From IMG/VR virus record IMGVR_UViG_3300043468_001158: 64,000 nt of DNA; one strand, 5' to 3'. The translations under genes were made by a program, and so were the position numbers. Shown here piece by piece: positions 19,401 through 29,672 of this stretch; the stretch's first letter is position 1, and every line of letters starts with the position of its first letter. The stretch comes from a virus. Taxonomy: Duplodnaviria; Caudoviricetes. Under the pieces are notes generated by a model, which did not search any database, was not told the DNA's origin, and saw only the letters and a list, made by a program, of their open reading frames with translations.

Positions 19401-22400
19401 GTTTAGCTGGAACTTGAAGTTCAAACTCATAAGTTCCTAAAGTATCACATGAAATGACTGATTGAGTATGGAATGTTACATTAGCAGTTGGAGCCGGTTT
19501 GCTCACAATAGTATATGCATCAGCTTTTGGAAGAGCAATCATTTCACCAATAGTAGTAACCTCTAAACGATGAGTTCTTAACTCAGGTTCAAACTTCAAT
19601 GACGTATTCAAGTCGCTCAGTGTGTACCAACGGTTTTCGTCAGTAGGCAAGATTGAAATGTAAGTTAACGGAGCTTGAACGACTAAGCTATCAGGTTGTT
19701 CAAAGAATAGCCTAGTATGTTTAAGAGTGCAATCATTTGCATTCAACTTAAGTTCAGGATAAGTTGGAGTTCTTGCATCACCATACTCTGCTACTTTATA
19801 AGCCCAAAACTCATCAAGTTTTGCATGTTCAAATTTGACAGAGTTCAAGAATGCATCAATGCTGTACTGAGTGCCTTTTGCATTGACCATTGCTCTCCAG
19901 AAATTAAACTCTGAACGTTCGTTTGTTCTAAGTAAATCAAAGTATCCTTTCTTACTAAAGCCTAATAACGAAAGAGCATGTTTAGTTGTATCATCGTTAT
20001 CATATACTTTATCTGCATTGTAATAATGACCTACATCATCGATGCTGCCTGCCAAGTTCTTCTTGAAGTCATGTCTATCATTCAGGAAGAACCCACCAAA
20101 AGTTGGTCTAAAAGTATGATTTCTTCTAGCTTTAGCATCAATCAATAGTTTCTCAACTGATAAGTTCAAGAATGGGTCATAGAACAAACCTTCTGGAAAT
20201 GGTGAAGAAGTAATGTAGTTCTCAAATAAGATAAGATGTTCATACTCGTCAATAGTTATATGAGACCCGAATATTGGAACATAGCCCGTGATTTCAGTAT
20301 GGTCATCAAAACGAATGACCGTTGAACCATGTGGCTGAATGATGTCTCCAGTTACATCATAGATGAACTGTGAAGTTAGAATGTCATCAAAGCGACGTTG
20401 AACAAAAGAAGCTGGCAAACCTCTATTTGTAAACAACCAAAACTTTTCCATGAATGGATTGACACCAAAACCTTTACCTGGAACTGTTCCTTTATACAAC
20501 CCATCAATGAAGCGCTCTATTTCAAGTTGCCAATTCTCAAGTCTTCCGGAGATAGGGTCTTGAGCCGGATTATCACCTTGACCAAAGGCAAAGCCTTGGT
20601 CTTCAGTATACATTGCATAAGCATGTAAGAAATTGACTACGTTTTGAATACCTGTGATATTGATTGGCAAATTAATTGATACTATACTTGTTACTTCTAA
20701 ATAGTTTCTCCATTCATCGACTGAATGAGCTTTAGAAAAAGCATTGAAAGTTTCAAATGTTCCACTTGTATTTAGAGTATAAGTATCTATTTGTGGATGA
20801 CGAGAGAAATAGTTCTCTATTCTAAACTTCCAATTAGAACCTTGATTTGGACCGGGTTTATATATATTATTTCCATTTGAATCTTGACCTAACCAAATCT
20901 TGTCTAATCCAATTTCAATTACTTGAACACGAAGTGCTTGAAGCCAAAGGTTCTTAGCAAGAGTGCTCTTATTCATGAATAGTCGATATGACGGGTCAGG
21001 AATATTGCGATAAGCATCATTTGATAAACGAAGATTACCTTGTTCAATTAAAGTTCCTGAACGATATGCAAGTTGAGTTTTCCAATTTCTTAGTAACTGA
21101 ACATTCTTAGAGACTGATGAATCCATTGCATTATACGCTAAGAATTGTGTATAAAGTTGATTTAGTCCTTTATATGTAACTTTAGTTGCAGGAACAAAAT
21201 TTGATGTTCCAGTTCCATTAGTAAGAAGAGTAACTTCAAACTTATCTCCTATAATCAATGGTCTCCCATTCTCAACTACCTCAAAGTTGAATGCAATATC
21301 AGCACCATTAGTAAAAGACGTTCCTTTATGTAAAATGATAATAGTTTCATCTTTAGTTGCAAGAATAAGCTGAAGGTCTAATTGTTGATAAACTACTTCT
21401 AATGTAAAGTTTCTTGTGCCTCCAACTGATACATTGCTAAACACAATTTCAGGAATTCCTAATAAAGTATTACTTGTATGAACAGGTTCTCCATGTAACG
21501 AGAACTTATAATGGGTTAGTAAATCACCTGTCATTCTGTCTAATTCAAGTTCATTTGAAGCAAATGTTTGGAAACCCCAATTAGTTTCAAGAAACTTAAC
21601 AGGATTTATCTTATAACTTGAACGTGCTTGTGAATATGCAAAGGCAATAGAATGTCGCCAAATAAGTTCAACAGGACCTTCATCTCCAAACAAGTAAGAG
21701 TCACGAACTCCTAACGGTTCAGCTGTCAAAAGAGCATAAGAGCTTATCGGTGAAGAAAGAGAGACATAAGGTGGCAATAAAGTATCAGTATTAGGATTAA
21801 CACAAAGTTTGATACCAGGATATAATGCTTGAACATCAGTCCATAATGATGGATTCCATATTCTACACTCGTTGATAATAAAAGCATCAACATCAATAGT
21901 CAATGGAACTGAAGTTACTATCCAGAAAGACCCAGCATAAGGACCTTTATCAATCATAAAGAAGTCATATAAAGAAATATCACCTGAAGTATCATATCCA
22001 GCAACACGAGATAAAGTCAATCCATTCCAAACATATAATCCGTTCTCAGAAGCATCTGTTTGAGATGTCAATAGAACAGTATCACCATTACCTAAACCAA
22101 AAGATGAAATACTAAGAGGCGGTACAATTGTCAATAAATCAATGTTAGTAGTTGATACAATGCTTACACTTTGTTTTAAAATTCCTTGTGCTAATAATGA
22201 TAATGGATAATCTGCTTCATATGCCCATTTACCTGGAATCGATGAAGGTTGTGCAAGTATAGCTTCTGCATAAGTGTCATGTCCAAAGAACTTCCAAGGT
22301 GTTGCATCAGGACGAGTAAGACCTGGAGCAATTCCAGCGAATGTCGCAAAATAAGCTTCATATAGTTTATGCCATCTTGCAATAGATGGTAGGGTTCCAA

Positions 22401-25400
22401 CTGTTGCCAAATGATAGTTCCATGAAAACGGGTCATTGATGTTATACACAGAACCTAATGGGTCATACGAGTTTTGAATAGCAAACTTAGCTAATTCATA
22501 TTGCAAATTGTAAGGGTCTTGATAGACTGGGTTAGAAATATCCCATCTAAGAGTATTAACAGAAGAACCTAAAGTAGAAGCATCATAGAGTTTTTGTTCT
22601 GCTTTTAGAACTAATGCATTCACTATATCTTGGATATTGACAACAACCCAATTCAGCGGAGTTGAAGTAATATCCCATACTAAAGTTGTTGCATTGTAAA
22701 GTCTAAGTTCATTCGTAATTCGATTATACCAAGACTTACCACTTGGGTTCAACACACCAGATACATCAGGTGCAACTTCACCTTCATAATCAACTGAAAG
22801 ATACTTAAGCTCTGTACCATTATACCATAATTGACCTCTATAAGGTTGAGTTGGCATCGAGACCGAAACTGTTCCTCGCGTAATAGTTCCATCATATCGT
22901 AATACTTCAGCTAAAGCAATGTTATGCGACAATGTTGAGTCTGCTGTAAAGATTGGAGATTGGTGTCCATCATGATGAATGGTAACATGTGCATCAAGTT
23001 CAAAGTCATATACTTGTAATGGTTGAACTGCATTCATCATTCCCATCATTGGTAAAGTGATTGGCCAATATGTAATAGGCGCAGTTGTTGAACTGAACGC
23101 ACCAACTGCAGCACCTTTTAGAGCATAATCTGCTTCATACATACTAAACAAGTTATCAAGACTTCCGTCAGCTGACATACCTAGTGCTTCGGGTAAAGAA
23201 GTCAAAATGTATTCAGGAATAGAGTTTAGTGCATTTCCATATTGAAGTTCTGCAAAATCTAACAACGAAATCGGAGTCAAATCTTGTTGGTTCAATAATG
23301 AGAAGAATAAGTTATGAGCTCCATTCAATGTTTTGATTTTGCCACCAAAACCTGGGTTAGCATTTTGCAATAATCGATAGTTATTAGAACCAAATGAACT
23401 TCCAAAGAATTCAGGTTGATTTGCTATAGTGTTGATAAAGTGATTAGACAAATCGCCAAATAGAATTTCAGAACGGTTTTCACGTTCAGGGTTCATCATC
23501 AATTGGGGAGGCGTAAGCCAGCATCCTGGATGATTGACATCATTGTAGATTGTACCTGTTTTTGGCATGCCATCTGCATCACTTATTGCATAACGAGGTT
23601 CTTCGTACGATGATGCAACACGGAATATCATATTATCGCTTTGGGCACTAGTAAATGTTACTGAAGATGGAACAGGTGCATCAAAGTTGAATGCGATGAA
23701 ATCACTATGATAAGTTGAACCGATTATCGCATTAGGTAATTGACCCGCTTTTGAACCTCTTACTTCATATGTTGTTGGGTTCTTATAGGTTAGTGTCCAA
23801 GTTTCGTTATTTGTATAGATAGAAGCTTCGATACCAGAGATGACAATGAATACCTCACTCTGGCTATATGTTCCATTAGCTTTTGGATGAATGAAGAACG
23901 AGATGTCCCCTGATGAACTTGTATAAGGAGTTCCTGCTACTGCATCGGGTGTCTGAATACCTGCTCTTGAACCTGTGACAGTAAAAGTAATCCCATCACT
24001 TTGTGGAACAATAGTCCATGTTTGACTATCAAGAATTGGATTGATTTCAAGCGAAGTTAGATTGCCCGTACCACTTCTATCAATGATGGCTTCATTTACA
24101 TAAGGTTCAACCGGTTGTTCTGATGAACGCCAAATGGTTCTGATAACGCCATCCTGTTTGAATGCAAGCATTCTTCCATCGCTATCAGGGGTTTTGAGTC
24201 CTTGAGCAAAGTAAAAGTTACCCGTCTTATCTGCTTTGACACGACGTTGAAGCACAGCATCAAAATCTTCATTAGGGTCTTCGACATAGTAAAAGATTGA
24301 AGAAGTCCATGGAGCTTTAGTTCCATCAAGAGGCCAATATAAGTTGAACAGCGGAGGCTGATTGAACCTTGACTTGACTTGACCTGGAACAAGTTCAAGA
24401 CCTTCATCATACTCAATGATTGGTCTTGTTGCGCGTTGAACTTCACCACTAGGATTTAGTCCAAATAGATGTAAATCTTTGCCATGAACCCAATAGTTAG
24501 AAGTTTGCCAATCAGAAAGTGGTTCTAGGTTAGCATCCTCAGTATAAGTTTCTGCGTCTAAAGATTTGAACATCTTGCCATGATTAGTCGTTCCACTCTT
24601 TACATATACTTCTATTCCATTATTAGAGTAAGAACCTTCTGTATCATATGTGCGAACCCAATTACCAGCAGAGACTAAGTAGATACCATTCTCACTTGAT
24701 ACCGCTTGGTTCTTGACTAATACTCTCATACCTTCAGTAAGAGTTACTCCATCTATAGAAGTAAAGGATAAAGTTCCTCTTGTTCCTGATAAGACTCCTG
24801 TTCCAATTCCGGTAAAACTTATTTGCGCAGGTAAAGTTGAAAGATGTTCAACTTGAATAGTAAACATATCTCCACTAACAAAAGGATTAGTTCCAACTTC
24901 AATAGTGAAAGCTAAAGGTTTAGAACCGCCTCCGCCTACATAAGTATAAGTTGAACCGCTAAAAGATATTGACTCAGGAATTGCATCAATAGAACCAACA
25001 ATAGTAAATGACGTCGGTCCAGTAAAAGTTATAGTCCAAACTTGATTGAGTTTACCTGTTCCATTTAGAGCTTCAAGCGGGTTAGTTGTTGCTAATAAGA
25101 CTGGAAGTTTCTGTTTACTTGATAGAGAAGGTTTAGCAATAGTATAGTATTCAGGTTTCTTTAGAGGGTTCCAACTAATATTTTCATAAGGTAAAGAAGA
25201 TTGAACCCAAAAGTAACTTGAGTAATTTGCAAACTTGTCAATGTCAGTAGGTGGTGCAAAATTGAAAGCTTTTGATGACATCCAAGAACTTACTGTTGAT
25301 AAGTCAATTCCAGAGATTTCTGCTTTGTTCAATAAGTCCGCAAATGACAGGAAATATTCTTCAGTTCCAACTTTAGTAGCTATCATTGGAACAAATTGGT

Positions 25401-25620
25401 TGAAAGCACGTTCAATACTTGATTGTGTTACCCAAGGTCGGGTTTCTTTAGCGTTCGGAAAATATCTGCCGATTAGTCCGTATAGTTTGACAGACTCTTC
25501 GTGTGTCAAACTTTTGTCAAACAAATCTGATAAGAGAGCGGTATTGACTGGGTTCTTGATGCTATTTGGAAGTAATGAAGTTAGACTTCTAAACGGTTTT
25601 GAGTAATCAGATGTTGACAT
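16441..25620 (-). CDS. Giant virion structural protein (3059 aa), probable baseplate wedge
   Basis: Uninterrupted ORF directly downstream of the gp6-like gene; two copies of the ...SENG(I/L)Y fibre module; CATAAATA at 25662-25669. Confidence 0.65.
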   Translation of the reverse strand: MSTSDYSKPFRSLTSLLPNSIKNPVNTALLSDLFDKSLTHEESVKLYGLIGRYFPNAKETRPWVTQSSIERAFNQFVPMIATKVGTEEYFLSFADLLNKAEISGIDLSTVSSWMSSKAFNFAPPTDIDKFANYSSYFWVQSSLPYENISWNPLKKPEYYTIAKPSLSSKQKLPVLLATTNPLEALNGTGKLNQVWTITFTGPTSFTIVGSIDAIPESISFSGSTYTYVGGGGSKPLAFTIEVGTNPFVSGDMFTIQVEHLSTLPAQISFTGIGTGVLSGTRGTLSFTSIDGVTLTEGMRVLVKNQAVSSENGIYLVSAGNWVRTYDTEGSYSNNGIEVYVKSGTTNHGKMFKSLDAETYTEDANLEPLSDWQTSNYWVHGKDLHLFGLNPSGEVQRATRPIIEYDEGLELVPGQVKSRFNQPPLFNLYWPLDGTKAPWTSSIFYYVEDPNEDFDAVLQRRVKADKTGNFYFAQGLKTPDSDGRMLAFKQDGVIRTIWRSSEQPVEPYVNEAIIDRSGTGNLTSLEINPILDSQTWTIVPQSDGITFTVTGSRAGIQTPDAVAGTPYTSSSGDISFFIHPKANGTYSQSEVFIVISGIEASIYTNNETWTLTYKNPTTYEVRGSKAGQLPNAIIGSTYHSDFIAFNFDAPVPSSVTFTSAQSDNMIFRVASSYEEPRYAISDADGMPKTGTIYNDVNHPGCWLTPPQLMMNPERENRSEILFGDLSNHFINTIANQPEFFGSSFGSNNYRLLQNANPGFGGKIKTLNGAHNLFFSLLNQQDLTPISLLDFAELQYGNALNSIPEYILTSLPEALGMSADGSLDNLFSMYEADYALKGAAVGAFSSTTAPITYWPITLPMMGMMNAVQPLQVYDFELDAHVTIHHDGHQSPIFTADSTLSHNIALAEVLRYDGTITRGTVSVSMPTQPYRGQLWYNGTELKYLSVDYEGEVAPDVSGVLNPSGKSWYNRITNELRLYNATTLVWDITSTPLNWVVVNIQDIVNALVLKAEQKLYDASTLGSSVNTLRWDISNPVYQDPYNLQYELAKFAIQNSYDPLGSVYNINDPFSWNYHLATVGTLPSIARWHKLYEAYFATFAGIAPGLTRPDATPWKFFGHDTYAEAILAQPSSIPGKWAYEADYPLSLLAQGILKQSVSIVSTTNIDLLTIVPPLSISSFGLGNGDTVLLTSQTDASENGLYVWNGLTLSRVAGYDTSGDISLYDFFMIDKGPYAGSFWIVTSVPLTIDVDAFIINECRIWNPSLWTDVQALYPGIKLCVNPNTDTLLPPYVSLSSPISSYALLTAEPLGVRDSYLFGDEGPVELIWRHSIAFAYSQARSSYKINPVKFLETNWGFQTFASNELELDRMTGDLLTHYKFSLHGEPVHTSNTLLGIPEIVFSNVSVGGTRNFTLEVVYQQLDLQLILATKDETIIILHKGTSFTNGADIAFNFEVVENGRPLIIGDKFEVTLLTNGTGTSNFVPATKVTYKGLNQLYTQFLAYNAMDSSVSKNVQLLRNWKTQLAYRSGTLIEQGNLRLSNDAYRNIPDPSYRLFMNKSTLAKNLWLQALRVQVIEIGLDKIWLGQDSNGNNIYKPGPNQGSNWKFRIENYFSRHPQIDTYTLNTSGTFETFNAFSKAHSVDEWRNYLEVTSIVSINLPINITGIQNVVNFLHAYAMYTEDQGFAFGQGDNPAQDPISGRLENWQLEIERFIDGLYKGTVPGKGFGVNPFMEKFWLFTNRGLPASFVQRRFDDILTSQFIYDVTGDIIQPHGSTVIRFDDHTEITGYVPIFGSHITIDEYEHLILFENYITSSPFPEGLFYDPFLNLSVEKLLIDAKARRNHTFRPTFGGFFLNDRHDFKKNLAGSIDDVGHYYNADKVYDNDDTTKHALSLLGFSKKGYFDLLRTNERSEFNFWRAMVNAKGTQYSIDAFLNSVKFEHAKLDEFWAYKVAEYGDARTPTYPELKLNANDCTLKHTRLFFEQPDSLVVQAPLTYISILPTDENRWYTLSDLNTSLKFEPELRTHRLEVTTIGEMIALPKADAYTIVSKPAPTANVTFHTQSVISCDTLGTYEFELQVPAKPKFSPIKLFDYVDRALIEDITTWHPAFDNHTAIAMEVINVVSEKDPAFYNYSTLTVKNPNFDPQKSWGDREVGRTWWDKTLLEYVPYHDKQIFPTFEERLGRWGSMAEYSSINVYEWVKSSIAPSEYDARSAIDQLSADVALEDKKTGKAARKQSYKRTRTWEARPIAWSYVPTPPEAQDVQLFKAGTTRLTLNSPGVGETFVSLEKGRFAQYGLVPGMHFSGFLGGKPYGEAILNGPIAFTLSDGYHSGDMHVSAGDGNYFDVIQFVWSDNKNYKGAAIGHIEFEWSQVGSTYYIRAIEQASGGSLSVTQPLYDYSGQVGGSYEIDFVQLGIKMIATTAVATMTGAEISVALQQVLSPDVGLFNLEIKEVAPVTVLIQFPHSILDNVLPINLPVSYDNKLTVTGINAFSEVTFVKNPTASVGTYSVTGELNTTNDTYYLKLIQATPSGSSLVVSSLAIDTLTSVALAIQPLVETFSFNLGHITINVNVHPDYFASGVDAQQVIDELGTIGAMVVIGYDASTGSIGIENSTSTVLDEYGWIGYNVPTQEILDNDLKYPHNSWTPVYGDYVEVPSVRQVIDEIVAYEKEPLVLNDGTTVEKFNPVWGDWILLQQEVIRKFGSGNTLDLQVTSSNRIADNTLRLYLNGISQPRTFYSTNGTLISTTQAIPHGHEVVAIMSAYEPTSDELAFDPDVSDDPSIQTQYKSDYQYVIRPSRDSSGNITGDTYYFWVKDKTVPVGNKQLTCQQSAQLLREGPSTYLTFQELFDGAYHGITIAGLNMMVNKDNTYKLRFTRDFSLRDNPQDLDLKNSHTEWTLIRPQQDMKIPLTLWNKLVDSAAGTNLAGQAIPALNKVLYDERHGTRTRYGFRDDQVLADRSLIIASLTNSILNPKTSVYLNGINTTATINGLDLSQSSTWFVTPASTRQVLDYIWRHALPQHINELFFEVLNDALANNYEFTDIFKTSRLSVHSIITVTPETIVNNADVYF

Positions 25621-25687
25621 ATAAGGTTCTTCTTCTCTCGTATAAAAGGATGTATATCAACTATTTATGTACTTTAGCAAACTGTGA

Positions 25688-25926
25688 AAAAACTGACAGA
25701 CTATATAATTGATTTCACCTGTGTCTAAGCAGTTGATTTTATTACTCGAAAAACTGACAGACTAAGGGTATATATTATATTCAGTTGTCTCTCCCTCTTC
25801 TTCATTTTCATATCATTTTCTCTTTTACTTCTGGTTTGTCTTTTTCTAAGTAGTTGATTTTATTACTAAAAATATTTATCATTATCTTCGTAACTTATTG
25901 ATTTATATACTAGTTTTCAAACACAT
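25688..25926. repeat. 239-bp non-coding element, copy 1 (inverted copy at 63039-63277)
   Basis: Matches the reverse complement of 63039-63277 except for one 16-nt block and one SNP (aligned by hand). Internal repeats AAAAACTGACAGACTA x2 and TAA-N4-TTGATTT x3. Confidence 0.95.
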
Positions 25927-25964
25927 TATTTTTACCGACCGATATGGCAGTACTTTTTAAGCAA

Positions 25965-25999
25965 AAAAGACGAAATGCTTAAAAAACATTTCGTCTTTT
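25965..25999. terminator. Probable bidirectional terminator hairpin
   Basis: AAAAGACGAAATG-cttaaaaaa-CATTTCGTCTTTT, a 13-bp stem just downstream of the gp6-like gene. Confidence 0.65.
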
Positions 26000-26032
26000 A
26001 TATTTCTGCTAAAAGTTTGACAAGTAATGTCT

Positions 26033-29000
26033 TTACAATCCACCTTGTCTAAGAACTGATGCATTCAATTCAGCAACAAGTTCAATGTCACTTAGCTGAG
26101 CACATGATTGAAGTATTTCATCAAGTCCTGAACTTACAGTAAATAAAGAACCAAATGAATTCACTGCATAAATTGGAACAAGAACTACAGATGCAATTTC
26201 AGTTGGAAGTCTTTGGTGTATCAATGAGAACAATTCGGTTGCATAGAAAGTTTCGCCAAAGTCCCAGTTCTCAATTCCAAAGTAAGAGTTGATAACGGCA
26301 AGAACTTCAATCTTTAACTTCTCATCGGATAATGTTGATGTAATGGCTTTAACAACTTTGAATTTTGCACGGAACTGAGGTTCAGCTAATGCGCCAAACA
26401 GTAACTTAATCTTGCCAGGATGCAAGACCACAGTATCCGATAACATTTTGTTATCAAGCAAGTCTGCAAATTGATTACGTAATTCAAGAGGTGTTGGTGG
26501 TGTCGGCAATACTAAAGTTCGTCCTTGTACATAGTTACTAATCGAGTTATAATAACCTTGAGTAAGAACGTAAGTATCATGAATGTTAGACACTGACGGG
26601 TCAATCAAGTTTTCGTATGGCGTAAAGTGTTGCCACATAAAGTCAAGTGTCGTTCTTTTTAGAGTTCTTCCATAATAAACACCACCAATTTTTGCATTAC
26701 TAACAAAACTTCCAGGAGCAAAGTAAGTTGTGGGGTCAAATGTTATATTAGCTGCATTTATTTCTGTTCCTGGAACTCTGATGCCTGAACTATCAAGTTG
26801 AAAGTATTCATAGTAATTACTTTCATTAGAAGCTGCTTCTGAAAACTCAGCAAATTGAAGAACACTATCCGGCAAAGTATTACCTGAAGTATCAATGTTT
26901 AACATATCCGATGGAATAACTTCAAGAGCATGCAAATTGACTATACCATTACTATCAACTATTGGTCCAACTACATCATAGTTTTCATTATGTCCAAGTG
27001 GTCTTCCGTCAGGTTTCAAATTAGAACGCAATACTCGTATAGTATCATATACTCGATTTTTTGTTTGCGAGTCAATAATTTGAACTCCGGCATTATACCA
27101 AAACTTAGTATTCTGACTTGATACTTGTAACTTCAGTTCACGGAAATTGACAGTGAAACTGGTTGGCAATTGAGTTATAGGATTGAGAGTTGCTTTGACC
27201 CATATTAGCCATGAATTAGGATTTCTTACTCCAGGTGATATGTATAAAGTCGGGTCATAAGGAAGGACGTTTGGGTTGACTGTATTTCCCGAAGTAAGGT
27301 CAATACCATCAATCAATTCCCAACGACCGAGTAAGTTCAGTGTTGACACATTACTTGATGCTAGTGTAAATGCATATGGTCCCGGACCAACATCAGCTAC
27401 TAAGTCAAGCGAATAACTTATCTTGATTGCATCACCTGGCATTACTTGATAACTTGCAGTTGATAATTGTGATAAGGTAAAATCAATAGTATCAGAAGTA
27501 AAAGGTAAGTTCATCTCACCTGTGCCAATATACCCACGAAGATTTGAACTAACATGAAGTAATGAACCGTTAGCAGCAACTTCAATCGTAATAACTTCTG
27601 CACCATATGTTAATGCATCAACTAAAATACGAGAAGTTAGTTGTCCAGTAAAGGTCAAGTCAGTCCCAACAATAGGAGTATGACGATTGAACGCAAGACC
27701 GAACTGAGATTGCCATGCAACTGATTGAAGACCTGAACCAACATCTCCAGGGATGTAAGGGTTTATACCGTCAATAGTTCGAGCAACAGTGTTTAGCCAT
27801 ATCTTCCCGTCATCCTCTGGATGTAACCCTGGGTCTTGTATACGTGCATATGAAATACCACTTATCGTTACAAAGTCAAGAGGTTCTCCATACCAATGTT
27901 GGTCAATTGCACCCTGTATCAATGTCTTTTCTTGAAGTGCACTTCGTTGACCAGTAGAATTCCAGTAGAGTTGTCTATTATCTTCAATGAATTGACGTCG
28001 TGTCAAACTTACCATGCCTGATGTAAGTGGGTCAGTTGAAGAAATATGTGCAAGCGTATTGATGATACCTGTAGATGATAGAAGAGGTTCAATGATTTCA
28101 TCAATCAATCCTCGACTTGAAGTACTTGTTCCAGTTGAAAGAGAATTGATACCAAGTGCTAAGTCAATTGTCAAATCGTCGCCAAATAGTTTGATGTTTT
28201 GATATTGACCAGAAGCATCGTTCCATTCAATGTATTTTGGTTGCCCTGCAAAAGTTCTATTCACTGAAGTCAATCTAAGAATAGATTGGTCTTTCAACAT
28301 ATAAGTATTGTAATCTTGAGCATTCACCATTCTATTTTGAGCATAGTATGTTGAAGGTGCAGATTGACGAATATGTTCAATACTTTCTGAAGCAGCAGAG
28401 TTTTGAATAGTTGATGTAAGCGAGAATGTCATACCACATGTTTCTGCCATACCTGTTGTAGGAGAAACATATTGAAACGCAAGTGGCTGATTGATAAGTC
28501 TATTTGTTGGAATGACGATACTTCTATTAGCTGATTGACGCATCCAAAAGAAGAAGCGACCTACAGGAATATCTGAGAAGTCGCCATCGCCAAACATCAA
28601 TTTAATTGCATCATTCTCTAAAGTTTCTACTTCAAACTTTTTACGATTTTTGATGATATTGAATGATAAGTTTTGGTCCGCTAAAGTTTCTACTTCTTCC
28701 CAAATTTCTTCGATTGCTCCAGAAGAACTAACTCGTGTAACCCATACATCTGTATCATTGACATTGATTGGAGCTAATGATAACGCTCTATTCGGAATTG
28801 CTTCATTCATAACATATTCCAAACGGGTCAAGACACCTTGCTTAGCATACATCAAAAAGCCAGTATAATCAGAACCATCACCAAGCCCATCATTTGAATA
28901 GATAACTGAAAGTTGTGAATTGACATCTGGAGTCTTTTCATACGGTCCATTTGAGTCTAACAAAACTGGCACAAGTTCCATTGGGAATGTTTCGATTCCA

Positions 29001-29602
29001 GTATCAACATTGAACGAGAAGATACCATTAGGAATAGTATTCAAAGAATTGTTGAATGTATAGAGCTGCATTGATACATCGCCAATCTGTTGAAGACTTG
29101 CAAACTGTCCAAAGCTACCGGTCAAACATCTATTCATGACTAAGAAGAAACGTTCTTTCCAAAGTGGAGAATTAGGGTCATTCCAAATGATGTTCAGCCC
29201 CGCTAAGTTGACGCCTTGGGAATCGATTACTCGTTCAGTAGTAGAGATTGAAGTAATCTTGACTAAACCACGAGCCGGGATATTGCGAGAAGGTGCATAC
29301 GATATTAGTTTCGCTAACTTTAGAATTGATTGCTTTCTTTGCGCTGTACTAATAAAGTTTTCATGCGATAACATATCAACTCGATAAGCTAATTGTTCTG
29401 CAACATATGCAAAGCTTTCAATTAAAGTAATTAGCTCAGAACTTTCAATAAAGTCGTTGAAACTTTCTGGAAAGTAAATGCGAATATAATCAATGATACT
29501 TAGTTTAATTGTGCTATAATCATACGCTGCAAAATTGATTTGCGAAAACGCTTGATATATCTTAGTCCAGCTTTCAGCTTGATAAAGGTTTTTGATTGAC
29601 AT
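26033..29602 (-). CDS. gp6: Baseplate wedge protein, T4 gp6-like (extended)
   Basis: N-terminal DYSTIKLSIIDYIRIYFPESFNDF...LIESFAY...ENFISTAQRKQSI and central ESIEHIRQSAPSTYYAQNRMVNAQDY motifs of the gp6/BplJ family. Confidence 0.85.
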   Translation of the reverse strand: MSIKNLYQAESWTKIYQAFSQINFAAYDYSTIKLSIIDYIRIYFPESFNDFIESSELITLIESFAYVAEQLAYRVDMLSHENFISTAQRKQSILKLAKLISYAPSRNIPARGLVKITSISTTERVIDSQGVNLAGLNIIWNDPNSPLWKERFFLVMNRCLTGSFGQFASLQQIGDVSMQLYTFNNSLNTIPNGIFSFNVDTGIETFPMELVPVLLDSNGPYEKTPDVNSQLSVIYSNDGLGDGSDYTGFLMYAKQGVLTRLEYVMNEAIPNRALSLAPINVNDTDVWVTRVSSSGAIEEIWEEVETLADQNLSFNIIKNRKKFEVETLENDAIKLMFGDGDFSDIPVGRFFFWMRQSANRSIVIPTNRLINQPLAFQYVSPTTGMAETCGMTFSLTSTIQNSAASESIEHIRQSAPSTYYAQNRMVNAQDYNTYMLKDQSILRLTSVNRTFAGQPKYIEWNDASGQYQNIKLFGDDLTIDLALGINSLSTGTSTSSRGLIDEIIEPLLSSTGIINTLAHISSTDPLTSGMVSLTRRQFIEDNRQLYWNSTGQRSALQEKTLIQGAIDQHWYGEPLDFVTISGISYARIQDPGLHPEDDGKIWLNTVARTIDGINPYIPGDVGSGLQSVAWQSQFGLAFNRHTPIVGTDLTFTGQLTSRILVDALTYGAEVITIEVAANGSLLHVSSNLRGYIGTGEMNLPFTSDTIDFTLSQLSTASYQVMPGDAIKISYSLDLVADVGPGPYAFTLASSNVSTLNLLGRWELIDGIDLTSGNTVNPNVLPYDPTLYISPGVRNPNSWLIWVKATLNPITQLPTSFTVNFRELKLQVSSQNTKFWYNAGVQIIDSQTKNRVYDTIRVLRSNLKPDGRPLGHNENYDVVGPIVDSNGIVNLHALEVIPSDMLNIDTSGNTLPDSVLQFAEFSEAASNESNYYEYFQLDSSGIRVPGTEINAANITFDPTTYFAPGSFVSNAKIGGVYYGRTLKRTTLDFMWQHFTPYENLIDPSVSNIHDTYVLTQGYYNSISNYVQGRTLVLPTPPTPLELRNQFADLLDNKMLSDTVVLHPGKIKLLFGALAEPQFRAKFKVVKAITSTLSDEKLKIEVLAVINSYFGIENWDFGETFYATELFSLIHQRLPTEIASVVLVPIYAVNSFGSLFTVSSGLDEILQSCAQLSDIELVAELNASVLRQGGL

Positions 29603-29672
29603 GTTAGTTAGATATTCCGTGTCGGCGAATGAAATGCGATATTGTATTTATTAGGAATAGCATAAGATAATC

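Noticed and set aside
25688-25926. CRISPR array suggested by the short direct repeats
   Set aside because: Only two copies of each 16-mer, interleaved, with no regular repeat-spacer series and no cas genes.
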